This document shows, one piece after another, positions 15,266 through 24,235 of a stretch of DNA of 27,217 nucleotides (positions within the stretch are counted from its first letter, which is position 1; every line of letters starts with the position of its first letter). The DNA lies in contig CAXHAT010000103.1 in the NCBI GenBank assembly GCA_964014485.1, forward strand, positions 1-27,217, in the 5' to 3' direction. The notes beneath the pieces are model-generated. The model did no database searches. It was not told the origin of the DNA and saw only the letters and a list, made by a program, of their open reading frames with translations. This DNA comes from an uncultured Deferribacteres bacterium. Lineage in GTDB: Bacteria > Zhuqueibacterota > Zhuqueibacteria > Zhuqueibacterales > Geothermadaptataceae. A program made the position numbers and the translations under genes.

Positions 15266-16795
15266 ATGACGCTAAGTCGCTGCGGCGGCGTGTTGCTCCA
15301 CCCAACTTCTCTACCCGGGCGGTGCGGAATCGGCGATTTGGGAAAAAACGCCCATCGCTTTGTTGATTTTCTGCACCGCGCAGGTTTGAATTTATGGCAG
15401 ATTCTGCCGCTCTCCCCTACCGGCTACGGCAATTCTCCCTACCAGGCGCTGTCCACCTTCGCCGGCAATCCGCTGTGGATTAGCCTAGAAAAACTTGTTG
15501 AAGACGAGTTATTGGCGCCCGGCGACTTGAATCACGCAGCCGATTTTCCTGCCCTCAAGGTCGATTTTGCCAAGGTTACAGCATTCCACTCAGCCATAAC
15601 CACGCGCGCATTTGAAAAATATTCGTCTTCAGCAAGACATTCCTTGAAGGCTGCATTTGAAACTTTTTGTCACAACAATCACAATTGGCTCGAAGAATAT
15701 GCGCTGTTTCGCGCATTGAAGTCTATCCACAAAGAGTGCGCATGGGTAGAGTGGCCGATTGAGCTCGTCCACCGAAAACCCAGCGCCTTAAATGTTGCTG
15801 CCGACAAGCTCGCCCGAGAGATTGAAACTATCAAATTTCAGCAATTTCTGTTCTTTCGGCAATGGGATGAGCTAAGAGCTTACGCTAAAGAAAAGGGCGT
15901 TCGAATTGTGGGTGACGTGCCCATATTCGTCGCGCATGACAGCGTTGACGTCTGGACGAACCAGCATCTTTTTCACTTAGATAAAACGGGCAGGCCGACG
16001 CATGTCGCCGGGGTTCCGCCTGACTATTTCAGTGAAACCGGCCAGCTTTGGGGCAACCCGCTTTATGACTGGCGGAAAATGAGCGAAGACAATTACGCCT
16101 GGTGGGTTTCTCGAATGAAAAGCCTGTTCAGTCTGGTTGATATCATCCGACTCGATCACTTTCGTGGATTTGAAGCGTACTGGTCAGTCCCGGCGGAAGA
16201 GGAAACCGCCATTAACGGCCAGTGGCTCAAAGGCCCTGGATTTGAATTCTTTGATGAATTGGTTGCTCAAATCGGCGAACTGCCTATCATTGCGGAAGAC
16301 TTGGGCGTCATCACGGAAGAAGTTGAAGCGCTTCGTGATCACTACGGCTTTCCCGGCATGAAAGTATTACAATTTGCTTTCGGCGACACAGACGCTGCAA
16401 ACGCCTTTCTGCCATACAATTACGAGCGCAATTGCGTCGTCTATACCGGTACGCATGACAACGACGCCACTATTAGCTGGTTCAAAGGAGAAAGCGAATC
16501 AACAGACTCCCCAAAGGTTCATAAAAAACAGGTCGAGCATGCTTTGAAATACTTGGGAACGACGGGTGAGAATATCCATTGGGATTTTATTCGTCTGGCG
16601 TTTTCATCAGTGGCGAATTTGGCAATCGTACCGATGCAAGACGTTCTTGGTTTGGGAAAAGGCTACCGCATGAATATGCCCGGCTCCTCGGCGGGAAATT
16701 GGGAATGGCGTTTCGAATGGGAACAGTTGACGGACGACGTCATTTCAAAGCTAACCGAAACGACAGCCTTGTATGGTCGCAAAAACGTAACCTAA
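15266..16795 (+). CDS. malQ: 4-alpha-glucanotransferase (amylomaltase, GH77)
   Basis: GVLLHPTSLPG, GVPPDYFSETGQLWGNPLY and the catalytic motifs RLDHFRGF, AEDLG and YTGTHDN. Confidence 0.97.
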   Translation: MTLSRCGGVLLHPTSLPGRCGIGDLGKNAHRFVDFLHRAGLNLWQILPLSPTGYGNSPYQALSTFAGNPLWISLEKLVEDELLAPGDLNHAADFPALKVDFAKVTAFHSAITTRAFEKYSSSARHSLKAAFETFCHNNHNWLEEYALFRALKSIHKECAWVEWPIELVHRKPSALNVAADKLAREIETIKFQQFLFFRQWDELRAYAKEKGVRIVGDVPIFVAHDSVDVWTNQHLFHLDKTGRPTHVAGVPPDYFSETGQLWGNPLYDWRKMSEDNYAWWVSRMKSLFSLVDIIRLDHFRGFEAYWSVPAEEETAINGQWLKGPGFEFFDELVAQIGELPIIAEDLGVITEEVEALRDHYGFPGMKVLQFAFGDTDAANAFLPYNYERNCVVYTGTHDNDATISWFKGESESTDSPKVHKKQVEHALKYLGTTGENIHWDFIRLAFSSVANLAIVPMQDVLGLGKGYRMNMPGSSAGNWEWRFEWEQLTDDVISKLTETTALYGRKNVT

Positions 16796-16857
16796 GCGCA
16801 TCGCAAGACTGCGCGCTTCTTACAAAAATCAGGATGATTCATTGCGAGAATGACGCT

Positions 16858-17805
16858 ATGCAGACAAAGATATTAGCCAAGGAAGGCCCGCATCTCTCGT
16901 CAATCGGGTTTGGAACCTGGGCCTATTTTGAGCCCGCATTTCAAAAAAAGCTCAGTAACAAAAAATTTTCGCGCTCCATAGCCAGTGCTTACGAATTAGG
17001 CATAAATTGGATCGACGTTGCTCCCGTCATTGGGTTTGGCAAAGCGGAAAGAATGGTTGGCAGAGCCGTCAAAGCGCTCCCGCGCGACAAAATTTTCATC
17101 TCCACAAAATGCGGGATTAGTTGGGACAAGAATTCTCGCCTTTCAATAAGCCTCCATCCCCGAGACGTTCGAACCTCCGTGGAGAATTCACTAAGAAGGC
17201 TTGGGACGAACTACATCGATTTGTGTCAGCCTCACTTTCCAGACGCAAAAACCCCGATCATCGAAACTTGGTACGAACTCAAAAAACTGCACAATGAAGG
17301 AAAAATAAAGCACATCGGCTTGTGTAACCATGGAATTGAAGCAGTAAAAAGCTGCATGAAGCTTCACCCGGTTCAAATTGTTCAAACGCCGTACAGCCTG
17401 CTGTTCCGCGACGCACAAGACGAAATTCTTCCATTCTGTGAACAAAACGGCGTCGGAGTGCTTTCCTATCCACCCCTGCAACTCGACTCTCTGATGCGAA
17501 ACCTTCGATCGCCAGAACCGAACGGCGCGAAATCACTCCAGGCCAAGCCGGTTTTAGTAAATTCGCAAATCCAAAAAACCGTCAATTTGTTAGAACAGAT
17601 TCAGCCAATCGCCTATCGACAAAACATCTCCATTGCACAGCTTGCGCTTGCCTGGATGCTGACGTACTCATCCATTCTTGGAGCCGTCGTTTCGACAAGT
17701 TCTAAACGCCAATTAAGAGACTATGTCCGAATTGCTGAAAAATTGCCGCCAAAAAGAGAGATTCGATCCGTCGGTGCGGCGATTGCGGAAACTGCAGGGC
17801 TGTAG
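16858..17805 (+). CDS. Aldo/keto reductase family protein, divergent active site
   Basis: SSIGFGTW, GINWIDVAP, ISTKCG, SLRRLGTNYIDL, EGKIKHIGLCN, QTPYSLLFR and AQLALAW. Start reassigned to ATG 16858 because the ORF-track extension overlaps malQ. Confidence 0.88.
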   Translation: MQTKILAKEGPHLSSIGFGTWAYFEPAFQKKLSNKKFSRSIASAYELGINWIDVAPVIGFGKAERMVGRAVKALPRDKIFISTKCGISWDKNSRLSISLHPRDVRTSVENSLRRLGTNYIDLCQPHFPDAKTPIIETWYELKKLHNEGKIKHIGLCNHGIEAVKSCMKLHPVQIVQTPYSLLFRDAQDEILPFCEQNGVGVLSYPPLQLDSLMRNLRSPEPNGAKSLQAKPVLVNSQIQKTVNLLEQIQPIAYRQNISIAQLALAWMLTYSSILGAVVSTSSKRQLRDYVRIAEKLPPKREIRSVGAAIAETAGL

Positions 17806-17857
17806 GCTTGGGCGTGCGACTGGCAAATCTTGCTAAAGATTCACGATATATCGAAGG

Positions 17858-20800
17858 TCAAGGTCTTGCCGAAGAAGAACGATAAGATTGGAGCAGCTCA
17901 TCCGCCTTGCGAACGATGAGATTAAAACCTTGCGCTGATGCATCGGACGAAAGCTGCTCAAGGGATGCACGCTCACGAGTGCCGACGCCTTCCGATAATT
18001 TCAACGAAAATTGCACCGACAAAAGGCGAGCCTTGAAAGATTGGGCGGCGTAATCCAAATCATTTGCTTCGGCAAGCAGCTTCTCAATCGCTTCCCGCAA
18101 ATAAGCGTATTCCACGTTCTGCTCAAGAAGCGACTCAGCAATAAAAAGCTCAACGTCCAATCGATCTTTCTTATCCGTCACATTGCCGATAAGCGAAGCG
18201 GCGCTGTCAGCGTTGTTTTTTGCGACCGTCGTTTTTCGCTGCAATGCCTGAGCAAGACTCAAAGCCGCCAAGGTCTGCGCGCGCATCGGCGCCGTCATTT
18301 TTGCTCGATATTTAGCTAACGACCCAGTGAGCAGCTTTTCCGCATCTTCCGATTTTCCCATTTCAATGAGCACCGAAGCGATTGCGATGCGACTATTCAC
18401 CACTTCTCCCATTTTCAATTCTTCACGAATAGCTAAAGAACTATCGTGCTTTGCTTTGGCGCCAATCAGATCGTCTTGATCTTTTAGTATTTCTCCATAT
18501 CCAAAAAGCGCAAAACTGATCATAAAATTGTGGCCGATTTCGCGGAAAAGCCGTAACGCCGCTTTTCGCTTATTCAGCGCTTCATCTAATGAACCGAGAT
18601 CGTTCAACAAAGCGCTGTAATTGTTCAGCGCAACCGCTCGTATATACTTGTTGTTCACATTTGCGGCGGCAGAGATCGCACCTTCATACGTTGTCCTGGC
18701 GCTATCCGCTTGACCAAGTCTGGCTAGCGCATCGGCCAGATTGATCATCACGCCAGGCACGCTCATCCAATTACCCAATTCTCTTTGAATTTGCAACGAT
18801 TCCCGCAAAGTTTCCGCGGACTTTTGCGCGTCGCCAAGATTTCTGTAAACGATGCCCAAGCCGTTCAAGACGCCAGCCTCTCCCCCTTTTTCTCCAATAT
18901 CGCGTTTGATTTTTAACGCCTTGTTGTAATTCTCCAGAGCCAGTTCGTGATTGCCGCGATTACGCTCAACAATCGCGATCGCGTTCAAAAGCGTAGCAAC
19001 TTGCGTCCGGTAATTTGTCTGCTCATAAATCCGCTTGGCTTCATCGAATGACGCCAACGCCTTTTGCGGCGCATTCTGGAAGTATTGACTTCGTCCTTCA
19101 TAGAACCAGGATTCAGCGACCAAAAGCAGCGCCCCTTGCTCTGTTGCTTTTAGCCTGGCCGCAGCGCAGACTTCCTGTTCTCTCGCATAATTATTCATTC
19201 TTTCGGAAATACGCGCTTCCATAATATCGATGCGGGCGTCAGAGGAAATCGGGTCGGGGAGTCCGCGCAGCGTATTTATTGCATCCAACGCCTGCTCTTG
19301 CTCGCCAATAGTAGACTGCAAATCCGCCAAACGTAAACCGTACTCCGCCTGATCTGTAAAATCATTCCAAAGCCCTTTGTAAATCTCGGCGGCTTCAGCC
19401 CTCTCGCCGTTCATTTCATGGTGTTGCGCTTCGATGACTTTGCGTTCTTCCTGCGGTAAACCTTCGGCGTTTTCAAGCGCTTTTTCGATGGCAGCCTGAG
19501 CATTTTTATCATACCCCATTTGCCTCCAGGCCCTGGCAAGTTCTGTCTGGGCAAGGGCAAAATCCGGGTCTGAAGCGACCGCTTGTTCAAAGAAATCTTT
19601 CGCGGCAACAGCTTCAAAACGCCTCATTTTCTCGAGGCCTTTCGCATAAAATCTCACTGCCTCGGTATTTGCAGGCAGAGAAGCTAAGACTGCAAACCGA
19701 TTTTGCGCGGACAGTTCTTCTATCCCGAGCCTTCGCCTCAATTGCGTCCCTGTGCGCGATACGAGATCGAACAGTTCCGTCTCGGGCCCGGTTTCCGCGA
19801 GTTGTAAAAGCGTTTCTCCAACCACTGCGTCCTGAACGCGAATATCAATACGAATTTTGGCGCCGTCAGCATCGCCGGCCACAATAAACGAGCCGGAGAC
19901 AACCATGTCCGTACCGAGGTTTTTGCGAATTTTTTCCAACGTCTCATTGCCAAAACTCTCCGCTTCCTGCAACGCAAGTTCCAGCTTCATCTGACTGACG
20001 CTCTCACCGGGAATTGTGCGCAAAACTTCGCCCGCAGCCAATTCCGTGGTGAGCATTTCGGAAAACGCTGTGGAAAGCCACGCGACTTCTTCTCGACCGG
20101 AGACGTTTTTAAAACCGAGCACAGCTATCGATTGACGTGATTCCGAGTCATGCATCGATCCTCGCGTGAGGGTCATGCGACCAGACGGGTCGGGAACCTC
20201 GTTTTTCAACAAAAGCAGCCAGAGCGCCAAGATCGCTGCAACAACGCCAGTTGCAGCTAAAGCGAGCTTTCCACCCAGCCCAATCCGGCTTTGCGCAACA
20301 TGAGCGGGACTGGAATTATTGGAAGTCGCACCGTCTTCGTTTGACGCAGCTGAAATTTGGAGAAGTTCTGATTTTACATCTTCAATTGTAGAAAGCCGCT
20401 TTTTCGGGTCTTTTTCCAAAGCGCTGAAAACGACTTTCTTTATCTCATCCGGCGTTTTTTCATCCTCGGCGAGAACGGGCGCGGGCGGTTCGTTGAGAAT
20501 CGAATACATGATCGCCGGATCCATGTCGCCGCGAAAAGGCAATTCGTCACACAGCATTTCAAAAAGCACCACGCCGAAAGACCAAACATCCGAACGCTGG
20601 TCCACCGTCTCGCCGCGAATTTGCTCGGGCGACATGTAAGCCATCGTCCCAAGCGTAGTCCCGCTTTGCGTCAGAATCGTGCTGTGCGAAACTTTCGCCA
20701 AACCAAAATCCATGATTTTGACCTGCCCGCGCTCCGTCAGCATAATATTGGCGGACTTCACATCACGATGAATGACGCCATTTTCGTGCGCGGCTTGCAG

Positions 20801-21154
20801 GCCTTCGGCGATCTGAAGCGCAATATCCACGGTCTTTGCGTAATCGTCGCGATAGCGCGGCGTCGCTTCTTTCAGCGTTTGTCCTTCGATAAATTCCATC
20901 GCGATGAAAATTTGATCATCGATTTCTTCGATGGCATAAATGGTGGCAATGTTGGGATGGTTGAGTGCGGCGGCGGCTTGCGCCTCGCGCTTGAAGCGCT
21001 TCTTGTCATCTTCGGTGTGCCCGCGATGCTGCGGCAAAAACTTGATGGCGACGGTGCGTTTTAGCCGTTCATCCTCAGCTTTGTACACCACTCCCATTCC
21101 CCCCCGCCCCAATTCTTCCAAAATATGATAATGCCCGATTGTCTCGCCGATCAT
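17858..21154 (-). CDS. Hanks-type Ser/Thr kinase with TM helix, TolB-N/FlgO-like domain and extended TPR region
   Basis: GRGGMGVVY, VAIK, HRDVKSANIM, DFGLAK and YMSPEQ; TM LALAATGVVAAILALWLLLL; SIAVLGFKN; many TPRs (e.g. LNGLGIVYRNLGDAQKSAETLRESL). Confidence 0.95.
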   Translation of the reverse strand: MIGETIGHYHILEELGRGGMGVVYKAEDERLKRTVAIKFLPQHRGHTEDDKKRFKREAQAAAALNHPNIATIYAIEEIDDQIFIAMEFIEGQTLKEATPRYRDDYAKTVDIALQIAEGLQAAHENGVIHRDVKSANIMLTERGQVKIMDFGLAKVSHSTILTQSGTTLGTMAYMSPEQIRGETVDQRSDVWSFGVVLFEMLCDELPFRGDMDPAIMYSILNEPPAPVLAEDEKTPDEIKKVVFSALEKDPKKRLSTIEDVKSELLQISAASNEDGATSNNSSPAHVAQSRIGLGGKLALAATGVVAAILALWLLLLKNEVPDPSGRMTLTRGSMHDSESRQSIAVLGFKNVSGREEVAWLSTAFSEMLTTELAAGEVLRTIPGESVSQMKLELALQEAESFGNETLEKIRKNLGTDMVVSGSFIVAGDADGAKIRIDIRVQDAVVGETLLQLAETGPETELFDLVSRTGTQLRRRLGIEELSAQNRFAVLASLPANTEAVRFYAKGLEKMRRFEAVAAKDFFEQAVASDPDFALAQTELARAWRQMGYDKNAQAAIEKALENAEGLPQEERKVIEAQHHEMNGERAEAAEIYKGLWNDFTDQAEYGLRLADLQSTIGEQEQALDAINTLRGLPDPISSDARIDIMEARISERMNNYAREQEVCAAARLKATEQGALLLVAESWFYEGRSQYFQNAPQKALASFDEAKRIYEQTNYRTQVATLLNAIAIVERNRGNHELALENYNKALKIKRDIGEKGGEAGVLNGLGIVYRNLGDAQKSAETLRESLQIQRELGNWMSVPGVMINLADALARLGQADSARTTYEGAISAAANVNNKYIRAVALNNYSALLNDLGSLDEALNKRKAALRLFREIGHNFMISFALFGYGEILKDQDDLIGAKAKHDSSLAIREELKMGEVVNSRIAIASVLIEMGKSEDAEKLLTGSLAKYRAKMTAPMRAQTLAALSLAQALQRKTTVAKNNADSAASLIGNVTDKKDRLDVELFIAESLLEQNVEYAYLREAIEKLLAEANDLDYAAQSFKARLLSVQFSLKLSEGVGTRERASLEQLSSDASAQGFNLIVRKADELLQSYRSSSARP

Positions 21155-21277
21155 AAGCTCCGTTTCTTCCTTGGTGTTCAGATAACAAAAGTAATTTTCT
21201 TTTCAGGAAAGAGTCAAGTCATATGAAAACGAGAAGTCACTGGAGCCTGCGGCAAAACAATTGTTCAAATCTGGTTA

Positions 21278-24091
21278 TTACAATTTCAAAAGCCTGTCAC
21301 GCGCTTCAAGCAAGTCCGGCAAATCCGGGTCAGCGTTTTTCCACATGGTAAGAAATTTTTCGAAATTCGTTCGAGCTTCTGAGATTTCTCCACGCGCTTC
21401 GTGAATCTTTCCTAACAACAAAATGCCTTTCGGGTAGCAAACAGCTCTGTGTGGGAATGTAGTCGGAGAATAAATCGCAAGGCTGGCCCGAACGGTTTTT
21501 TCCGCCAAATCATATTCACCATTTTCATAATAGCATTCGGCGAGATGATAAAGATTCCACAACTTCATGAATACAGGCATTGACGGAATATTGACCAAGC
21601 GTTCCACCAGCGGCGCCGACTCTTCACATCGTCCGAAAAAACTCGCCACGATGGGAGAAATTACGGGATCAAAACCGTTCGGCGATTCATTAAGAACGCT
21701 TATCGCCTTTTGCTCATCCCCGGCGAGGGCGGCCATTGCAGCGAGAAAATTTTTGGCGAAAGCGACTTGCGTGCGGTTTCTCTGCGGAAACGTTTCATCA
21801 AAAATTGAGATAACGCCTCCTGGGTCGGCGCCCCCTTCCGCCAATACAATTCCCGCGGTTAAAAGCCCGAGCGTGGCCGATATGGTATCCCCAACTGCGT
21901 ACATTTCCCGCGCCCCGCCTTCGAGCGCGCCAACGGCGTCTTTGTACTGTCCAGCATACGGCGCAAGAGAGACAAGCCACAGCCTGGCCATCATGACTTG
22001 CTGCGAATCAGCGGCGATTTCCATGAACGCGTCAATCTCTTGCCGAGCCAAATCATATTCTTCAAGATAAGCGTGCAATGTTACGATGGCGCCAATCAAT
22101 TCCGGCATGTTCGGACGTTTTTCCAGCTCGGCTTTCGCTTTGGCAAGCGCGGTTCTAAAATCGTGATTGACATAATTGGGATCGGTGTACCTTCTCGCCA
22201 CTGCGTCTGAAAAATGATAATGCGCACGCATATGGTCAGGGTCGAGCGCCAGGGTTTTTTCCAGATAAACAACGGCGGTTTCGAAATCATTGGCGTGAAA
22301 CGAATAGTCGCCGATATTGAAAAGCATTTCCTTGTCGTTTGGAAATAGCGTTTCCATTTCCTTGAGCACCTTCACCGCTGCGTCAAAACCTTGCTCCTGA
22401 CGCGCTTGCGCAGCACGAACCAGGTAGCGCTCTTTTTCAGGGATCCGGTCTATGTATTTCACAGCCATTTTTAACGGCTCGCTCGCTAGGTGATCAGAAT
22501 TCCAGCCCAGCGCGTAGGCAAGACGATAGTGCGCCAGCCCGAAAGTAGAATCCAGTTCGACAGCTTTTTCAAACGCTGTTTTCGCCTTATCGAGATAGAG
22601 TTTGCTGAGAAAAGCTTCGCCTTTAAAATAATGGTCGTAAGCCGTGAGATTTGGCGTGGTAACCTCCGCGATTTTGCGGCTGTTTTGCTTGATTTCCGTT
22701 TCGCTCTCGCGTAATTCCTTGCGCACCTGTCCTGCCAGAGCATCGATTAAATCGGGGATGCTCTCGCTGCCTTCCCTTTTCATTTGCCGGGTGAAAAGAT
22801 GTCCGCCCATCTCAATATCGAGCACCTTCAGATCAATTGAATAAACCCGCCCAAACTTTCGGATTTCCGGTACGGCTAAAGCGTTGATCCCCGCTTGGCG
22901 GCAGATTTCGCGTCCCAATCGTTCATCGATAATCGTAGAAACGGAGTCGCCCATTTGCATCAATAGATCGAACATCCGGGTTCTTGAAGCCACCGCCAGG
23001 CGCTGCGATTGCTCCAGCGCAGTGATTAACATCCCGGAAAGGGCGTTGAGTTCCTTTTCTCCTGTGTGATTGACAAAATCGGCCACGGCGAGAGGGATGC
23101 GACGCTGCGGCTCCGCGTCATCGGCGTGAATAAAAAAGTAGAAGATTGCAGCTATAAGTGAAAATACGACGGCGGCGGTTGCGAAGAGCCATTTGTTCTT
23201 TTTAACCGAAGTTCTTTTGTTCGTCGATGATCGACTGACGCCGTTTTCGGGCGCGCTCATGCATGTCGCTTGGGTTAAATCTTCGAGCGCGGCGTCCATA
23301 TTCTGGTAGCGTGCTTCCGGACTTTTCTGTAAAGCTCTTCCGACAATATGAGCGATGTTTTCTGGGATGTTTTCCGACAGCGGCGGAAAATCTTCGTTCA
23401 GAATGGAATAAATCACCGCCTGTTCATATTCTCCGGGAAAAGGCAAGTCACCGGTGAGTAGTTCATACAGCACCACGCCAAACGCCCAGATATCCGTGCG
23501 ATGATCGATTTCTTCCCCGCGCGCCTGCTCCGGCGACATGTACGCCGCCGTGCCGACGGTCGTGTGTTCTTTTGTCAAACGAATATCTGATCCCGCCACC
23601 TTCGCCAGCCCAAAATCCATGATTTTGATCCGGCCTTTTTCCGTGACCATGATATTGGCCGATTTGACGTCCCGATGCACCACGCCCTTTTCATGCGCCG
23701 CTTGAAGGCCGGAGGCGATTTGGGTAACGTAATCAACGATCGTTTCAGTTGGCAGGTGTTCGAAATCTTGAACCCCTACGATTTCGCCTAATTCTTGCCC
23801 GTCGATATATTCCATGACGATGAACATTTCACTCCCATGCTCCCCGGAGGCAGGCTCGTATTCTTCGATGGAATAAATCGTGGCGATATTGGGATGATTC
23901 AACGCAGCGGCGGCTTTGGCTTCGATTTCAAACCGTTTGCGCTCATCGGCGTTTACGGCGATGTGTTTCGGCAGGAATTTAATGGCGACGTTGCGGTCGA
24001 GCTTTGTGTCACGGGCTTTGTAAACCACGCCCATGCCGCCTTCGCCGAGTTTTTCGAGGATTTTGTAATGTAATGTCGTCTCGCCAATCAT
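21278..24091 (-). CDS. Hanks-type Ser/Thr kinase with TM helix, TolB-N/FlgO-like domain and TPRs
   Basis: GEGGMGVVY, VAIK, HRDVKSANIM, DFGLAK and YMSPEQ; TM WLFATAAVVFSLIAAIFYFFI; LAVADFVN; TPRs ending in MWKNADPDLPDLLEARDRL. Confidence 0.95.
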   Translation of the reverse strand: MIGETTLHYKILEKLGEGGMGVVYKARDTKLDRNVAIKFLPKHIAVNADERKRFEIEAKAAAALNHPNIATIYSIEEYEPASGEHGSEMFIVMEYIDGQELGEIVGVQDFEHLPTETIVDYVTQIASGLQAAHEKGVVHRDVKSANIMVTEKGRIKIMDFGLAKVAGSDIRLTKEHTTVGTAAYMSPEQARGEEIDHRTDIWAFGVVLYELLTGDLPFPGEYEQAVIYSILNEDFPPLSENIPENIAHIVGRALQKSPEARYQNMDAALEDLTQATCMSAPENGVSRSSTNKRTSVKKNKWLFATAAVVFSLIAAIFYFFIHADDAEPQRRIPLAVADFVNHTGEKELNALSGMLITALEQSQRLAVASRTRMFDLLMQMGDSVSTIIDERLGREICRQAGINALAVPEIRKFGRVYSIDLKVLDIEMGGHLFTRQMKREGSESIPDLIDALAGQVRKELRESETEIKQNSRKIAEVTTPNLTAYDHYFKGEAFLSKLYLDKAKTAFEKAVELDSTFGLAHYRLAYALGWNSDHLASEPLKMAVKYIDRIPEKERYLVRAAQARQEQGFDAAVKVLKEMETLFPNDKEMLFNIGDYSFHANDFETAVVYLEKTLALDPDHMRAHYHFSDAVARRYTDPNYVNHDFRTALAKAKAELEKRPNMPELIGAIVTLHAYLEEYDLARQEIDAFMEIAADSQQVMMARLWLVSLAPYAGQYKDAVGALEGGAREMYAVGDTISATLGLLTAGIVLAEGGADPGGVISIFDETFPQRNRTQVAFAKNFLAAMAALAGDEQKAISVLNESPNGFDPVISPIVASFFGRCEESAPLVERLVNIPSMPVFMKLWNLYHLAECYYENGEYDLAEKTVRASLAIYSPTTFPHRAVCYPKGILLLGKIHEARGEISEARTNFEKFLTMWKNADPDLPDLLEARDRLLKL

Positions 24092-24235
24092 GACTTATTT
24101 CACTTAGTTCCCAACTTCCACAATCCGTCGATCCATGCAGTGCAGGTGAAACTGATAATAGACAGTCTTCCCCAAACAATCATAGCTTTTCGGGCGAAGC
24201 TTTTGTACAAACTTTGGATCACCCACCCGATGAAT

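Noticed and set aside
16579..16857. N-terminal extension of the AKR ORF
   Set aside because: It overlaps malQ by more than 200 nt in another frame; AKR homology starts at MQTKILAK (16858).
21188..21217. Sigma-70-like promoter TTGACT-18-TACTTT before the 1098-aa kinase
   Set aside because: Plausible but weak, in an AT-rich spacer; not distinguishable from chance by eye.
17858..24091. Kinase-TPR genes as an anti-phage or DGR-diversified system
   Set aside because: No effector domains, reverse transcriptase or template/variable repeat pair seen; the architecture fits common membrane receptor kinases.
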